This document shows positions 1 through 10,358 of a stretch of 64,000 nt of DNA, piece by piece (position 1 is the first letter of the stretch; each line of letters opens with the position of its first letter). Location of the stretch: the IMG/VR virus record IMGVR_UViG_3300031758_000004, positions 32,001-96,000 of that record; one strand, 5' to 3'. The notes beneath the pieces are model-generated. The model was not told where the DNA came from. It did not search any database and saw only the letters and a program-made list of their open reading frames with translations. Made by a program: the position numbers and the translations under genes. The DNA comes from a virus.

Positions 1-128
1 TCTCTTTCAATTTCAGATTCAGGGTTGAAAAATTCATTAATTTTCTTTATAAATCTCATTTTATACGTTTTATTTTTAATTATATATTATTTTTTAAAAA
101 CCGTTTTTTTACTTTTTATATATACATT

Positions 129-1181
129 ATGAAAGTTTTTAATTATTCAGAATTCTTGTTAGAAGAAGCAGGTGAAAGACTTAAAGGTCTATTTAAGTTA
201 TCCAGAGAAGTTAAACATAAATTAAATATAATTATCAATAATTTTGATGATTCAGTGGGTAAAGCTTTGTTAGAATTAGATAGAAGTGAACAAGAAATGA
301 CTTATATAAATCTACATAGTGAAGATAAAATACTTTATGTTCCAATGGATAAAGTCAAATCTTTTTTTGATAATCCAAGTGTTAATAGATTTGTTAAAAA
401 ACAAAATCTAAATGATTTAATTAGAATTTACGAATTTAAACCAGATCCAGGAAAACTATATAATTATTATTTTGATACAAAGTTATCATTTACTGAGATT
501 TATGTTGGTAGATTTGTTAAAAAATTATTAGGTGATACATTTAGTGATAAAGATATATCACTATTTGTGGAAAGATGGGTATCAACAAATACAAGTGGAA
601 CTTTTCAAATATGGGGAACTGATAAAGTATTAGATGCTTATTGTACAGGTAATTATGAAGAATACTTGGGATCAACTTTAGACCATTCTTGTATGAATGA
701 TGATCATTCTGTTAATTTTTATAGAGCTTGTCCAGGAGTTAAAATATTGGTACTACTTGATGATCAAGAATCTATAAAGGGTAGAGCTCTTCTTTGGGAA
801 ACAACTTCTGGTAAAAAATTAATGGATAGAGTTTATTATAATACAGAGGCTGATTATCAAAAGTTTATGAAGTGGGCTATAGATAATGACTATTATACAA
901 GAAGCAAGACTAGTAATTCAATTGACGCTTTTCATTGGAAAGGAAGTCCGTTAGTAGTTACACTAAAAGAAAAAGTAGTTTTTCCTAATATAGATGAATA
1001 TAGAAATGAAGATTTTCCATATTTAGATACATTTTGTTATTCACAAGGTGGTTTTGGTATGAATTATGAACCATCTGAACCTGGTAAATATTATAAACTT
1101 CAAGAAACGGATGGAACGGTTGAAGAGTTTTTTAATATTGATCCAAGTCAAAGAGATATGACACAAGATGATAATTGGTAA
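129..1181 (+). CDS. Hypothetical phage protein, probable capsid-internal protein
   Basis: 350-aa ORF. N-terminus MKVFNYSEFLLEE resembles a T4 capsid-targeting sequence. Contains an SCM...GRALLW...MDRVY segment. TTTATATATA upstream. Confidence 0.6.
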   Translation: MKVFNYSEFLLEEAGERLKGLFKLSREVKHKLNIIINNFDDSVGKALLELDRSEQEMTYINLHSEDKILYVPMDKVKSFFDNPSVNRFVKKQNLNDLIRIYEFKPDPGKLYNYYFDTKLSFTEIYVGRFVKKLLGDTFSDKDISLFVERWVSTNTSGTFQIWGTDKVLDAYCTGNYEEYLGSTLDHSCMNDDHSVNFYRACPGVKILVLLDDQESIKGRALLWETTSGKKLMDRVYYNTEADYQKFMKWAIDNDYYTRSKTSNSIDAFHWKGSPLVVTLKEKVVFPNIDEYRNEDFPYLDTFCYSQGGFGMNYEPSEPGKYYKLQETDGTVEEFFNIDPSQRDMTQDDNW

Positions 1182-1202
1182 TCTAAAATTAATATATAAT
1201 AT

Positions 1203-2006
1203 ATGAAAATTAAAAGATATAACGATATTGTAGTTGACTCAATGGTTGAACATTTTATACAATCACTTGAAATGGTAACAGAATCAGATGAAACTGAAAA
1301 TGAAGATTATAAAAGTGTACTAAGAAAAATAGTAAGTGATTTAAATCTTAATTTTAGATTAATTGGGACATTTGGATTTGGAATTGGTGCTTTTATGCCA
1401 ATTATACTTAATATAATGAAAAATGCAAGTTTATCACAAGTTGAAATAACAAAAGAAACAGTAGTTTTATTAGCATTAACATCACTTTCAATTATTTATT
1501 TAGAAGAAAAGAAAACTAAATCACCTAAAGAAGAGGTTGAAATGACAAAGGATTCGAAATCTATGCTTGAGGAATTGAGAATGAGAGGTATTGGTGATGG
1601 AATTGTTAAAAAAGTTATTAAATGTTTGAAATCAGTAACAGGTGTTTTTAAAATATTTGGTAAACACGTTGGTGCTGTTATTGGTGGTATTATAGATATG
1701 TTTGCTTATGGTGCTATGTTAGCTCCTATTTGTGTTTCATTAGCTGATATAATCAATAAATATAAACTTAACTTAGACACAATGCCTGAAAACTTTCTAA
1801 TGTTAGCTAGTGGTGTTGCGACTATTGTTGCTAAACACACAATAGCTCATGTTATTAAAAAATTAAAAAGTAAATTAAAACTTCCAAAGAAAATTGAAGA
1901 TAAAATAGAAGATGAAGTGGAAGAAATGGAAGAACCGACTATACAAAAGACACTAGGAAATAGTCGTTTAGGATCTGAAATAATAAATGATAATAAAAAT
2001 AAGTAA
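1203..2006 (+). CDS. Hypothetical membrane-associated protein
   Basis: 267-aa ORF with several hydrophobic stretches (LIGTFGFGIGAFMPIIL, VVLLALTSLSIIYL, VGAVIGGIIDMFAYGAMLAPICV). TTAATATATA at 1189-1198. Confidence 0.55.
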   Translation: MKIKRYNDIVVDSMVEHFIQSLEMVTESDETENEDYKSVLRKIVSDLNLNFRLIGTFGFGIGAFMPIILNIMKNASLSQVEITKETVVLLALTSLSIIYLEEKKTKSPKEEVEMTKDSKSMLEELRMRGIGDGIVKKVIKCLKSVTGVFKIFGKHVGAVIGGIIDMFAYGAMLAPICVSLADIINKYKLNLDTMPENFLMLASGVATIVAKHTIAHVIKKLKSKLKLPKKIEDKIEDEVEEMEEPTIQKTLGNSRLGSEIINDNKNK

Positions 2007-2011
2007 AAATG

Positions 2012-2038
2012 AAAATCCTTAATATAAGGATTTTTTTT
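2012..2038 (+). terminator. Intrinsic terminator
   Basis: AAAATCCTTA-ATA-TAAGGATTTT hairpin followed by a T-run, just after the stop at 2006. Confidence 0.7.
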
Positions 2039-2095
2039 ATTTAAACAAAGATTAGTTTATTTATATAATTCATGATTAAAAAATAATTATTATAA

Positions 2096-2824
2096 ATGAC
2101 TACTCCACAATTAGAGAAAGTATATTTTAATTACATTTTAAAGAACAAGAAATATTTTGAGATAGTAAAGGCTTATTTTTTTAGAAATTCGGAAATTCAA
2201 TTTGTTTACGGCGTAATTAGAGAATATATGTTGAAAGGTTCGGATGTTGAAATCCCAACTCCGAGACAAATTTTAGACATGGTTAACCTTCAAGATAAAG
2301 AAGGTATGATAACCAAAGAGATTTTAAAATCAATTCTTCAAGTTAATCTTGATGAATATGATGAGAAAAACTTTATAGAACCAAACTTTAATGGTTGGGT
2401 TTTAGCAAATCGATTAAAAACTGGTACAGTAGATATCATCGATGAAACTAGAAATCTAGATTCAATATCTGACTTTGATAAAGCAGTCGAAGCTGCTAAT
2501 AGAATTAAAGGTATTGTTGATGAGATGTCATCAACTAGATTTGTACAAGATGATGATATGGGTTCAGATTTTGATGAGGCTGAAAATCACGTACAAGATT
2601 CCTCAAAATTTAAAGTTAAATGTGGATTCGAAACCATTGACCATATGCTAGGTGGTGGATGGGATATTTCTACATTAAATGTAATAATGGCTGAAACTAA
2701 CAACGGAAAATGTTGTTCTTTTGATACGGTGATAAAAGTTAGAGATAAGAATAATGGTAATGTTTCAAATGTTGATTTTGGAACATTCTTTGCCAAAGTT
2801 AGTCAGTGGGGTGTTGATATTTAA
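2096..2824 (+). CDS. dnaB: Replicative helicase (T4 gp41/DnaB-like), N-terminal extein plus 37-aa split-intein N-fragment
   Basis: Helicase N-domain up to Walker A MAETNNGK, followed immediately by CCSFDTVIKV (intein block A), then a stop. Confidence 0.9.
   Translation: MTTPQLEKVYFNYILKNKKYFEIVKAYFFRNSEIQFVYGVIREYMLKGSDVEIPTPRQILDMVNLQDKEGMITKEILKSILQVNLDEYDEKNFIEPNFNGWVLANRLKTGTVDIIDETRNLDSISDFDKAVEAANRIKGIVDEMSSTRFVQDDDMGSDFDEAENHVQDSSKFKVKCGFETIDHMLGGGWDISTLNVIMAETNNGKCCSFDTVIKVRDKNNGNVSNVDFGTFFAKVSQWGVDI
2711..2821 (+). other. Split intein N-fragment (IntN, 37 aa) of helicase
   Basis: Begins with Cys directly after the P-loop Lys. Sequence CCSFDTVIKVRDKNNGNVSNVDFGTFFAKVSQWGVDI. Confidence 0.85.
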
Positions 2825-2847
2825 TATATAAAAATAAAATATTAAGT

Positions 2848-4029
2848 ATGAATGCAGATGCTAAAAAAAGATATAAGGATATAGAATTTCCTTACACTTG
2901 TCCTATTAGTAATAGAATATTTGAGAGTTCACAGGGTTTATCTTGTTATGTTACAAAAACATTGAAAATGAATCATGAAGAGTATTATGATACTTATATA
3001 AATCACAGAGACAATTCTTGTTTCTTTTGTGGTAGTAAAGGTAAGTTTATTTCTATATCAAAGGGATATAGAAATTTATGTGAGAGTCAAGAGTGTGTTA
3101 AAAAATCATTTAACTCTCATAGTGTAGAGGGATTCATGTATAGAAATATGCTTTCTAGAGAAGAAGCTGAAGTTCAATTTAAAATAGAAAATGAAAGGCA
3201 GTTGAAAGAAAGGATTGAATCACAAAATAAATTAAGAAAAATAGATAAAAATTGGGACAAAAAAAGAAGTAGAAACTGTAAGTATTTTTGGATTGAGAAG
3301 GGATATTCTGAAAAGAATGCTATTTTAAAAGCAAAAGAGGTTATGGATGAAATTCATTTAAAAACCTCTATTAAATTAAAATCAAATCCTGAAAAATATG
3401 CACATAAATATCCAACGAAAAAGGAGTACTATTTAAAAAGAGGTTTTAGTGAAGAGGAGGCTATTGAAAAGATATCTGAAATACAAAATAGATTTTCGTT
3501 ACAAAAATGTATTGAAAAATATGGCAAAGAAGATGGTAAAATAGTTTTTGAAGAGAGACAGAGGAAATGGATCGAAACAATAGATTCAAAAACAGAAGAG
3601 GAGAAAATAGAAATTAATAGAAAAAAATTATTTAATAATGGTGGATATTCTAAAATTTCACAAAATCTTTTCTGGAGTATTTATGAGAACTTTAAAAATA
3701 ACAAAATTAATTTTGAAGAGTTAAACTCAGAAACCATTAGATATGATAAAATAAATAAAAGACATTATAGATTTGATTATGTTGATCATAGTAAAAAGAA
3801 ATGTATTGAATTTAATGGTGATTATTGGCACTGTAACCCTGATAAGTATAATGAGAGCTTTATACATCCTATATTGAAAGTAACATCAAAAGAAATTTGG
3901 AAAAAAGATATTGATAAAATCAATTGGTTTAGAAAAAGGGGTTATGAAGTTTTTATTGTTTGGGAATCTGAATATAGAAAAAACCCGAAACAAACCGTAG
4001 AAAAATGTATAAAATTTATTAATGAATAA
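2848..4029 (+). mobile_element. Free-standing homing endonuclease, Vsr-like/DUF559 PD-(D/E)XK family
   Basis: C-terminal RFDYVD...CIEFNGDYWHCNP...GYEVFIVWESE. N-terminal Cys motifs and repeated W/Y-x-x-K-G-Y/F-S-E-E-E-A units. Lies between the two intein halves. Confidence 0.85.
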
Positions 4030-4471
4030 TTTAGATAATTTTGAAGTAATAGAAGCAGATAGTCTATTAGAAGGTAAGTATGATAGACCGCTTTATGATA
4101 AATTCATCGAAGCATATGAGGTGGATAATTTTGAGGTATTGACCCCAAATGGATGGGTTAATATAGAGGGTATTGGTAAAACAATAAAATTTGAAGAATT
4201 TGAAATTATTACCTCCGGTGGTAAAAATTTAATATGCGCTGACAAACATCTATTATATAGATGTGATAATATGGACTTTTCATCAAAAAAATGTGATTTG
4301 ACAGAGATATATTGTGAGAAATTAGAATTGGGTAATTTTATAATGACAAAAGATGGACCGGAGCAAATTATGAATATATCAAAAACCGGAAAAAATTCAC
4401 ATATGTATGATTTACAACTATCAGAGGGTTCTAATAAACAGTATTATATAAATGATATTCTTAGTCACAAT
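4022..4471 (+). other. Split intein C-fragment (IntC, 150 aa) of helicase
   Basis: Ends His-Asn (4466-4471). The +1 residue is Ser, which restores the GKS P-loop. Confidence 0.88.
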
Positions 4472-5191
4472 TCTCTTTGGATGCAAAATTTTGCCGTTAA
4501 ATCAGCAAATATGGGACACAATGTTCTTTATATCACTCTTGAAATGAGTGAGCGTAAAGTTATGAAGAGATTAGGTGCTATGAGGTTAAAAATTCCTATT
4601 AATGATTATGATAATCAATCTAAGGATGTTGAATTGATTAAATCTAAGATAGATGCTCTCAAACGAATAGAAGGTGGTGTTGATTTATTTGAAAATAAAG
4701 TTGGTAAAATTATAACTAAATTCTGGGCAGCCGGAACAGCAACTGTTAATGACTTTGATAATTATATTCAAAGATTAAAAGAAAAGAGAGGTATAAAAAT
4801 CGACCTAATTATAGTTGATTATATTACATTGATTGCTGCTAATAAAGGATCTAATGCTGATAATCTTTATACTAAGGGTAAACACTTAGCAGAGGGATTA
4901 AGAGCAATGGGAGCAAAATATATGTGTCCTGTTATAACTGGTGTGCAGGTTGCTAAAGATGCTTGGAACTCATCCGATATTACATTAGAAGCCGTACCTG
5001 AGTCAAAAGCAATAGCAGAGACTGCTGACACCTTCTTTGCTATCATCCGTACAGAAGAAATGAAAAGACAAAACTTATATAGATTTAAACTACTTAAACA
5101 AAGAGATGGTGATTTCTTAAAATCACAGATTAGATTGAGTTTAAATCCAGTTTATTTAACACTAGAAAACGATCAGTTTTTAGATCAATAA
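4022..5191 (+). CDS. dnaB: Replicative helicase C-terminal part: 150-aa split-intein C-fragment plus DnaB ATPase extein
   Basis: Intein blocks B (LICADKHLL), F (MYDLQL) and G (ILSHN|S), followed by SLWMQNFA...YITLEMSE...IIVDY...KQRDG helicase motifs. Confidence 0.92.
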   Translation: MNNLDNFEVIEADSLLEGKYDRPLYDKFIEAYEVDNFEVLTPNGWVNIEGIGKTIKFEEFEIITSGGKNLICADKHLLYRCDNMDFSSKKCDLTEIYCEKLELGNFIMTKDGPEQIMNISKTGKNSHMYDLQLSEGSNKQYYINDILSHNSLWMQNFAVKSANMGHNVLYITLEMSERKVMKRLGAMRLKIPINDYDNQSKDVELIKSKIDALKRIEGGVDLFENKVGKIITKFWAAGTATVNDFDNYIQRLKEKRGIKIDLIIVDYITLIAANKGSNADNLYTKGKHLAEGLRAMGAKYMCPVITGVQVAKDAWNSSDITLEAVPESKAIAETADTFFAIIRTEEMKRQNLYRFKLLKQRDGDFLKSQIRLSLNPVYLTLENDQFLDQ

Positions 5192-5245
5192 GAAACAAAG
5201 ATAATAAAAAATTATATAAAACAATACAAAAAATAAAAAAAATCT

Positions 5246-6196
5246 ATGGCTAAAAAAGTTAGAGATGATGAAGAAGATTTCGATGATGAATTAGATAATG
5301 AAGTCGGTGATGAAATTATTGATGATTTAGACGATGAAGAAGATTTTGATGATGAATCAAAATCAGATTCTGATCTGAATTTAGACGATGATGACAATTT
5401 AGATATTTTGATTGAAATTGACGATGATGATTTAAATTTGATGGATGATGAGAAAAAAAGTTCAGAGGATGAAGATGATATAGTTCTTTCTAAACATAAA
5501 ATCGAAGGTAAACATTCATTAAAATATGATTCTATTTTTAAGGGTAAAAAAGAAGATCCTTTAAGTGAAGATGATATGGATGGATTTGCTTTTTATCATA
5601 AAGAAAGCATCGAAGTTGATAAATCATCAAACTACTATTTTGAATCTATTGATAATGAAAATTATATTAGAACAAAATTGGTTAAAGAAAGAGTTTATGC
5701 CGTTTTAACGGAACATACATCTCTTAATTTCATGAATAATCGAAGAAAACCTTCAAGATCAGATTTTAATCAATATTATACCTTATTGAAAAGAAATTTA
5801 GAAAGTGAAAGTTTTACTAATATAGAATTGTTTAATGAGTTAGCAGTTTATTTTTCAGATAATCTATTTAATATGTTTAAATTATTAGATAATAAATGGC
5901 GTAATTTGATAATAAAAGAATTACAAGAACATATTGGTAAAAACGCAAATTCTAAACAAGTTATGAATAGAAATATTTATGTTGGAACCGAAATAGAATT
6001 CATGTGGCATGATGAGTTTGGTGATGATAAATTAATTACTGGAGTTGTTTTAGAAACTAACTACGATGATTCAATGTTTAGAGTTGATTCTTATGAAAAT
6101 ATCTATGATATTCATATCAGTATTATAACAAAAATCTTAAATAACACAAAATTTAAGTATAATTTAAATAAACTTAACAACATTGATTTTTTATAA
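5246..6196 (+). CDS. Hypothetical protein with highly acidic N-terminal region
   Basis: 316-aa ORF between dnaB and nrdA. The first ~80 aa are Asp/Glu-rich. Confidence 0.7.
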   Translation: MAKKVRDDEEDFDDELDNEVGDEIIDDLDDEEDFDDESKSDSDLNLDDDDNLDILIEIDDDDLNLMDDEKKSSEDEDDIVLSKHKIEGKHSLKYDSIFKGKKEDPLSEDDMDGFAFYHKESIEVDKSSNYYFESIDNENYIRTKLVKERVYAVLTEHTSLNFMNNRRKPSRSDFNQYYTLLKRNLESESFTNIELFNELAVYFSDNLFNMFKLLDNKWRNLIIKELQEHIGKNANSKQVMNRNIYVGTEIEFMWHDEFGDDKLITGVVLETNYDDSMFRVDSYENIYDIHISIITKILNNTKFKYNLNKLNNIDFL

Positions 6197-6283
6197 AATG
6201 AGCTATAAAAAATCAAAAAATTTTAAAGGTTTAATATTTTAAATAAAAAAACGATGAAATATATAAAAAACAAAAATTAAAAT

Positions 6284-7906
6284 ATGAGCATGATAAAAGT
6301 CACAAAAAGAAATGGTAAGAAAGAAACCGTTAATTTCAATAAGATTGTTGATCGTATAACACAACAAACTTATGGATTAGATCAAAAGTGGATAGCACCG
6401 TTTGAGATCGCACAAAAAGTTATTGAAGGTATTACACCAGATATTAAAACTTCTGTGTTAGATCAATTGGCAATGGAAACTGCGGCTTCTCTTACAACAA
6501 AACACCCAGATTACTCAGTTTTAGCAGCAAGAATCGCTATTACTTCTTTACATAAAGAAACTAAAAAGAGCTTTTCAGAAACAGTTAAAGATTTATATAA
6601 CTATGTAGATCCAATGACAGAGAAACATTCTCCAATTGTTTCTTTGGATTTTTACAACATTGTTAAAAAACACGCTGATGATTTAGATTCAGCTATTGTA
6701 CACTCAAGAGATCATAACTTTGATTACTTTGGTTACAAAACTTTAGAGAAATCTTACTTATTAAAAATTAATGGTAAAGTTGCTGAAAGACCTCAGTATA
6801 TGTATATGAGAACAGCACTTCAAATTTGGGGTGAAAACTTAGAAAAAGTAATTAAAACTTATAACGAATTATCAGAAGGTTATTATACTCACGCAACACC
6901 AACATTATTCAACTCTGGAACAGGTAGACCACAATTATCTTCTTGTTTCTTATTAGATACTGAATCAGATTCTATTGATGGTATTTTTAACACATTAAAA
7001 GAAGCTGCTCAAATCTCTAAAAACGCGGGTGGTATTGGTATCTCTTTTAACAAAGTAAGAGCTAAAGGAACTTATATTGCTGGTACAAACGGTACTTCAA
7101 ATGGTATTATTCCTTTCTTAAAAATCTATAATGAGACAGCGAGAGCGGTAGACCAAGGTGGTGGTAAACGTAAAGGATCAATTGCTATTTATATGGAACC
7201 ATGGCACGCTGATATTATGGACTTCTTAGATTTAAGAAAGAACCAAGGTAAAGATGAAATTAGAGCTCGTGACCTTTTCTTAGCAATGTGGATGAACGAC
7301 TTGTTTATGGAAAGAGTTGAGTTAGATGCTGATTGGTCATTAATGTGTCCTCACGAATGTACTGGATTGAATGAAACTTATGGTGAAGAATTTAACAAAC
7401 TTTATACTTCTTATGAAGCGGCTGGAAAAGCTAAAAGAGTTGTTAAAGCAAGAGAAGTTTGGAATAAAATATTAGAATCTCAAATTGAAACTGGTACACC
7501 ATACTTATTATACAAAGATTCAATCAATGAGAAATCAAATCAATCAAATATTGGAATGATACACTCATCTAATCTATGTTTAGATGGAGATACTTTAGTT
7601 AAGTGTAGAGTTGAAGGTGTAGAGAAAGAATTTGATATGGTCACAATAGATCTTATGTTTAAGAATGGTAAGAAAATAGAAGTTCTTTCTAGAGACTTAG
7701 AAACAGGAATTGATGAGTGGTGTTTGGTTGAAAACTCTGGTATAACCAATCATAATGCGGAAACTATCAAAGTAACAGATGAAAGTGGGAATTACATAAT
7801 CTGTACAGAGGATCATCAAGTTTGGACTCAAAATAGAGGATATGTTAGAGCTGGTGATTTAGAAGAAAATGATATTTTATTATTAAATGAAAAAGAACTT
7901 GTTTAA
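6284..7906 (+). CDS. nrdA: Ribonucleotide reductase class Ia alpha subunit, N-part plus 109-aa split-intein N-fragment
   Basis: ATP cone (VTKRNGKKE), THATPTLFNSGT, SSCFL, DQGGGKRKGS, ETGTPY, then SSNL|CLDGDT intein start at 7577 and block B CTEDHQV. Confidence 0.95.
   Translation: MSMIKVTKRNGKKETVNFNKIVDRITQQTYGLDQKWIAPFEIAQKVIEGITPDIKTSVLDQLAMETAASLTTKHPDYSVLAARIAITSLHKETKKSFSETVKDLYNYVDPMTEKHSPIVSLDFYNIVKKHADDLDSAIVHSRDHNFDYFGYKTLEKSYLLKINGKVAERPQYMYMRTALQIWGENLEKVIKTYNELSEGYYTHATPTLFNSGTGRPQLSSCFLLDTESDSIDGIFNTLKEAAQISKNAGGIGISFNKVRAKGTYIAGTNGTSNGIIPFLKIYNETARAVDQGGGKRKGSIAIYMEPWHADIMDFLDLRKNQGKDEIRARDLFLAMWMNDLFMERVELDADWSLMCPHECTGLNETYGEEFNKLYTSYEAAGKAKRVVKAREVWNKILESQIETGTPYLLYKDSINEKSNQSNIGMIHSSNLCLDGDTLVKCRVEGVEKEFDMVTIDLMFKNGKKIEVLSRDLETGIDEWCLVENSGITNHNAETIKVTDESGNYIICTEDHQVWTQNRGYVRAGDLEENDILLLNEKELV
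7577..7903 (+). other. Split intein N-fragment (109 aa) of NrdA
   Basis: CLDGDTLV...ICTEDHQVWTQNRGYVRAGDL, conventional IntN. Confidence 0.9.
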
Positions 7907-8786
7907 TTATGAGGATTTTATAACAGATAACATAGATAATACATCCTTTATCTATGTTTATCTGGATCCTAGAAAATCAGGAGACTATAAATATGGTGAA
8001 TATGAATTTAATCATGAACCTTTTTATGTTGGTGCTTCTAGTGGTAAAACTATACATGATCGAAAAGTTCGACATTTACAATACGCGAAAAACGATAAGG
8101 ATATAACAAATAATAATTACAAAAAGAATATAATAAAGAGTATATTATCAGATAAATTAGAACCAATTATATTGAAATATATTGATGGTATGAGTATATC
8201 AGATGCCTTTTTTAAGGAAAAAGATATGATACTAATCATTGGTAATAGATATGATAAGTCAGGACCTCTAGTTAATATATCAAAAGGAGGAGATGGTGGT
8301 GATAACTTTACTAATAATCCAAGAAAAGAGGAGATAAGAGAAAAGCATAGAAGAAATGCTTTAGGATCGAATAATAATATGTATGGTCTTCCTTTAGAAG
8401 AATATCCATCACATAAAGCAAAGTTGAGAGGAGAACATTGGAATATGGGTAGAACCGCGTCAATATCAACAAGAGAAAAGCTATCCAAACAAAGAAGTGG
8501 ATCTGGTAATAGTAGAGCTAAAAAAACTTTACTTTTTGATAAAGACTTCAATATAATTAGAGAATTTGATTATTGTTTTGATGTATCTAATTATATTAAC
8601 TCATCAAATAGGTCGGTTTCCAAGACCGCAAGTACAAATTCAAAAGAGGAAATGTATCCATATCATACAACAAAAGGTTATTATATAATCTATAAGGATG
8701 ATTGGGAAAATAAATTTAAGAATAAAGAAAATGAAATTAGAGAATATCTAAAGACATTTAAGAAAAATAAAAATCAATTTTCATAA
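7887..8786 (+). mobile_element. Free-standing GIY-YIG-type homing endonuclease with NUMOD3-like DNA-binding segments
   Basis: FIYVYLDPRK...EPFYVGAS...R..RH, E(KDMI), LVNISKGGDGG, then REKLSKQRSGSGNSRAK. Confidence 0.8.
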
Positions 8787-8803
8787 AAAATAAAAAAAAT
8801 ATT

Positions 8804-8899
8804 ATGATCAAAATCGAAAAAGTAAAAAATAGACCAGTTTATGACATTACTGTGAATAAAAATCACAACTTTTATGCTAATAATATATTAGTACATAAC
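8804..8899 (+). other. Split intein C-fragment (32 aa) of NrdA
   Basis: Blocks F and G ending His-Asn. The +1 residue is the Cys of the NLCxE active-site motif. Confidence 0.9.
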
Positions 8900-10165
8900 T
8901 GTGCTGAAATAGTTGAAGCGACAGGCGTTACTAAAACGCAAAAAGCTATTTTAGAAAATAAAGAGTTATTAGAGAAATTAGGGTTAGGTGAATTCTGGGG
9001 TCAAGAAGAAGTAAATGAAACAGCAGTTTGTAACTTAGCTTCTTTAGCACTTCCTAAGTTTATCAATAAGAATAAAACTTATAATTTTAATAAACTTTAT
9101 GATATTGCTTATGATGCGATTGTTAACTTAAATAATGTTATTGATGTTAACTTTTATCCATCACCATCAGCTAAATTTTCTAACTTATGTCATAGACCAG
9201 TTGGTTTAGGTGTTCAAGGATTAGCAGATGTTTTCTTTCAATTAGGATTACCATATGAATCTGAAGAGGCTAAACAATTAAATAAAGATATTTTTGAAAC
9301 TATCTATTACGCTTCAATTAAAGCTTCTTGTGATTTAGCTAAAGTACAAGGCACTTACGCAACTTATGAAGGTTCACCTATTTCACAAGGTAAATTCCAA
9401 TTTGATTTATGGGGAACTAAACCTAGTAAAAGATGGGATTGGGATAAATTAAGAGAAGAAGTTAAGAAGTATGGTGTTAGAAACTCTTTAACAACTTGTA
9501 TCATGCCAACAGCATCAACAGCTTCTATCTTAGGTAATGAAGCATCTTGTGAAGCTCAAACTTCAAATATGTACACAAGAAGTGTTCTTTCAGGAACTTT
9601 CATTATGGTAAATAAATATTTAGTTAAAGAATTAGTTAAGTTAGGATTATGGAATGAAAATTTAAGAAAGAAAATTATTGCTGAGAATGGTTCGGTTCAA
9701 AATGTACCTGAAGTACCAACTAACTTGAAAGAAATCTTTAAAACTGTTTATGAGATTAAACAAAGAGATGTTATCGAGATGGCTGCTGATAGAGGAGCGT
9801 TTATTGACCAAACTCAATCAATGAATATTTTTATGGATTCTCCAAACTTTGCTAAGTTGACAGCGATGCACTTCTATGGATGGGGTAGAAGAAACTTAAT
9901 GACCAATGAAAATGGTGAAGTTATTATCCCACAAGGAGAAAATATTCAAGTTATTTACGATTCAGAAGGTAAAGCAAGATGTTATAAAGATAAGAGATAC
10001 ACATTAAAAACTGGTATTTATTATTTAAGAAATAAATCAGCGGCAGACGCAGTTAAATTCACTGTACAACAAGATACGGCTAAGAAAACTGTTGAAGAAC
10101 AAATGGCTGAAATCTCGTGTAGCTTAGATTCAGATCCTGGTGAATGCATGGCATGCGGCTCGTGA
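8804..10165 (+). CDS. nrdA: Ribonucleotide reductase alpha subunit C-part: 32-aa IntC plus catalytic extein
   Basis: MIKIEKVKNRPVYDITVNKNHNFYANNILVHN|CAEI. Then CNLASL, RPVGLGVQG, MPTASTA, DQTQSMN, LKTGIYYLR and C-terminal CSL...CMACGS. Confidence 0.95.
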   Translation: MIKIEKVKNRPVYDITVNKNHNFYANNILVHNCAEIVEATGVTKTQKAILENKELLEKLGLGEFWGQEEVNETAVCNLASLALPKFINKNKTYNFNKLYDIAYDAIVNLNNVIDVNFYPSPSAKFSNLCHRPVGLGVQGLADVFFQLGLPYESEEAKQLNKDIFETIYYASIKASCDLAKVQGTYATYEGSPISQGKFQFDLWGTKPSKRWDWDKLREEVKKYGVRNSLTTCIMPTASTASILGNEASCEAQTSNMYTRSVLSGTFIMVNKYLVKELVKLGLWNENLRKKIIAENGSVQNVPEVPTNLKEIFKTVYEIKQRDVIEMAADRGAFIDQTQSMNIFMDSPNFAKLTAMHFYGWGRRNLMTNENGEVIIPQGENIQVIYDSEGKARCYKDKRYTLKTGIYYLRNKSAADAVKFTVQQDTAKKTVEEQMAEISCSLDSDPGECMACGS

Positions 10166-10195
10166 TATATAACTGATTATCAAATACTTATAAAT

Positions 10196-10225
10196 GGTGA
10201 GAGTTTACTTTCGCCATTTTTTTTT
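10196..10225 (+). terminator. Intrinsic terminator after nrdA
   Basis: AAATGGTGA...TCGCCATTT stem followed by a T-run. Confidence 0.75.
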
Positions 10226-10358
10226 CTATAAAAATAAATCTCTTTTAACGTCTCTATTTATTTTACTACAAAGTGGTTGTAAGTTGGTATAGTGATTTAA
10301 TCTAATAACATCCTCTTCTGTTTCAGATGATGGTATTCATTACTTCTTTAGCTTTCAT
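10226..10358 (-). pseudogene. Internally deleted HNH homing-endonuclease relic
   Basis: Minus strand: TTAATATATA, then ATG MKAKEVMN, then out of frame IPSSETEEDVIRLNHYTNLQPLCSKINRDVKRDLFL*. This closely matches the C-terminus of ORF 28459-29238. Confidence 0.75.

Noticed and set aside
7887-7930. Capsid-targeting-like N-terminus on the nrdA endonuclease (MKKNLFNYEDFI)
   Set aside because: It overlaps the nrdA reading frame and lacks the terminal (L/F)xE site. Probably coincidental.
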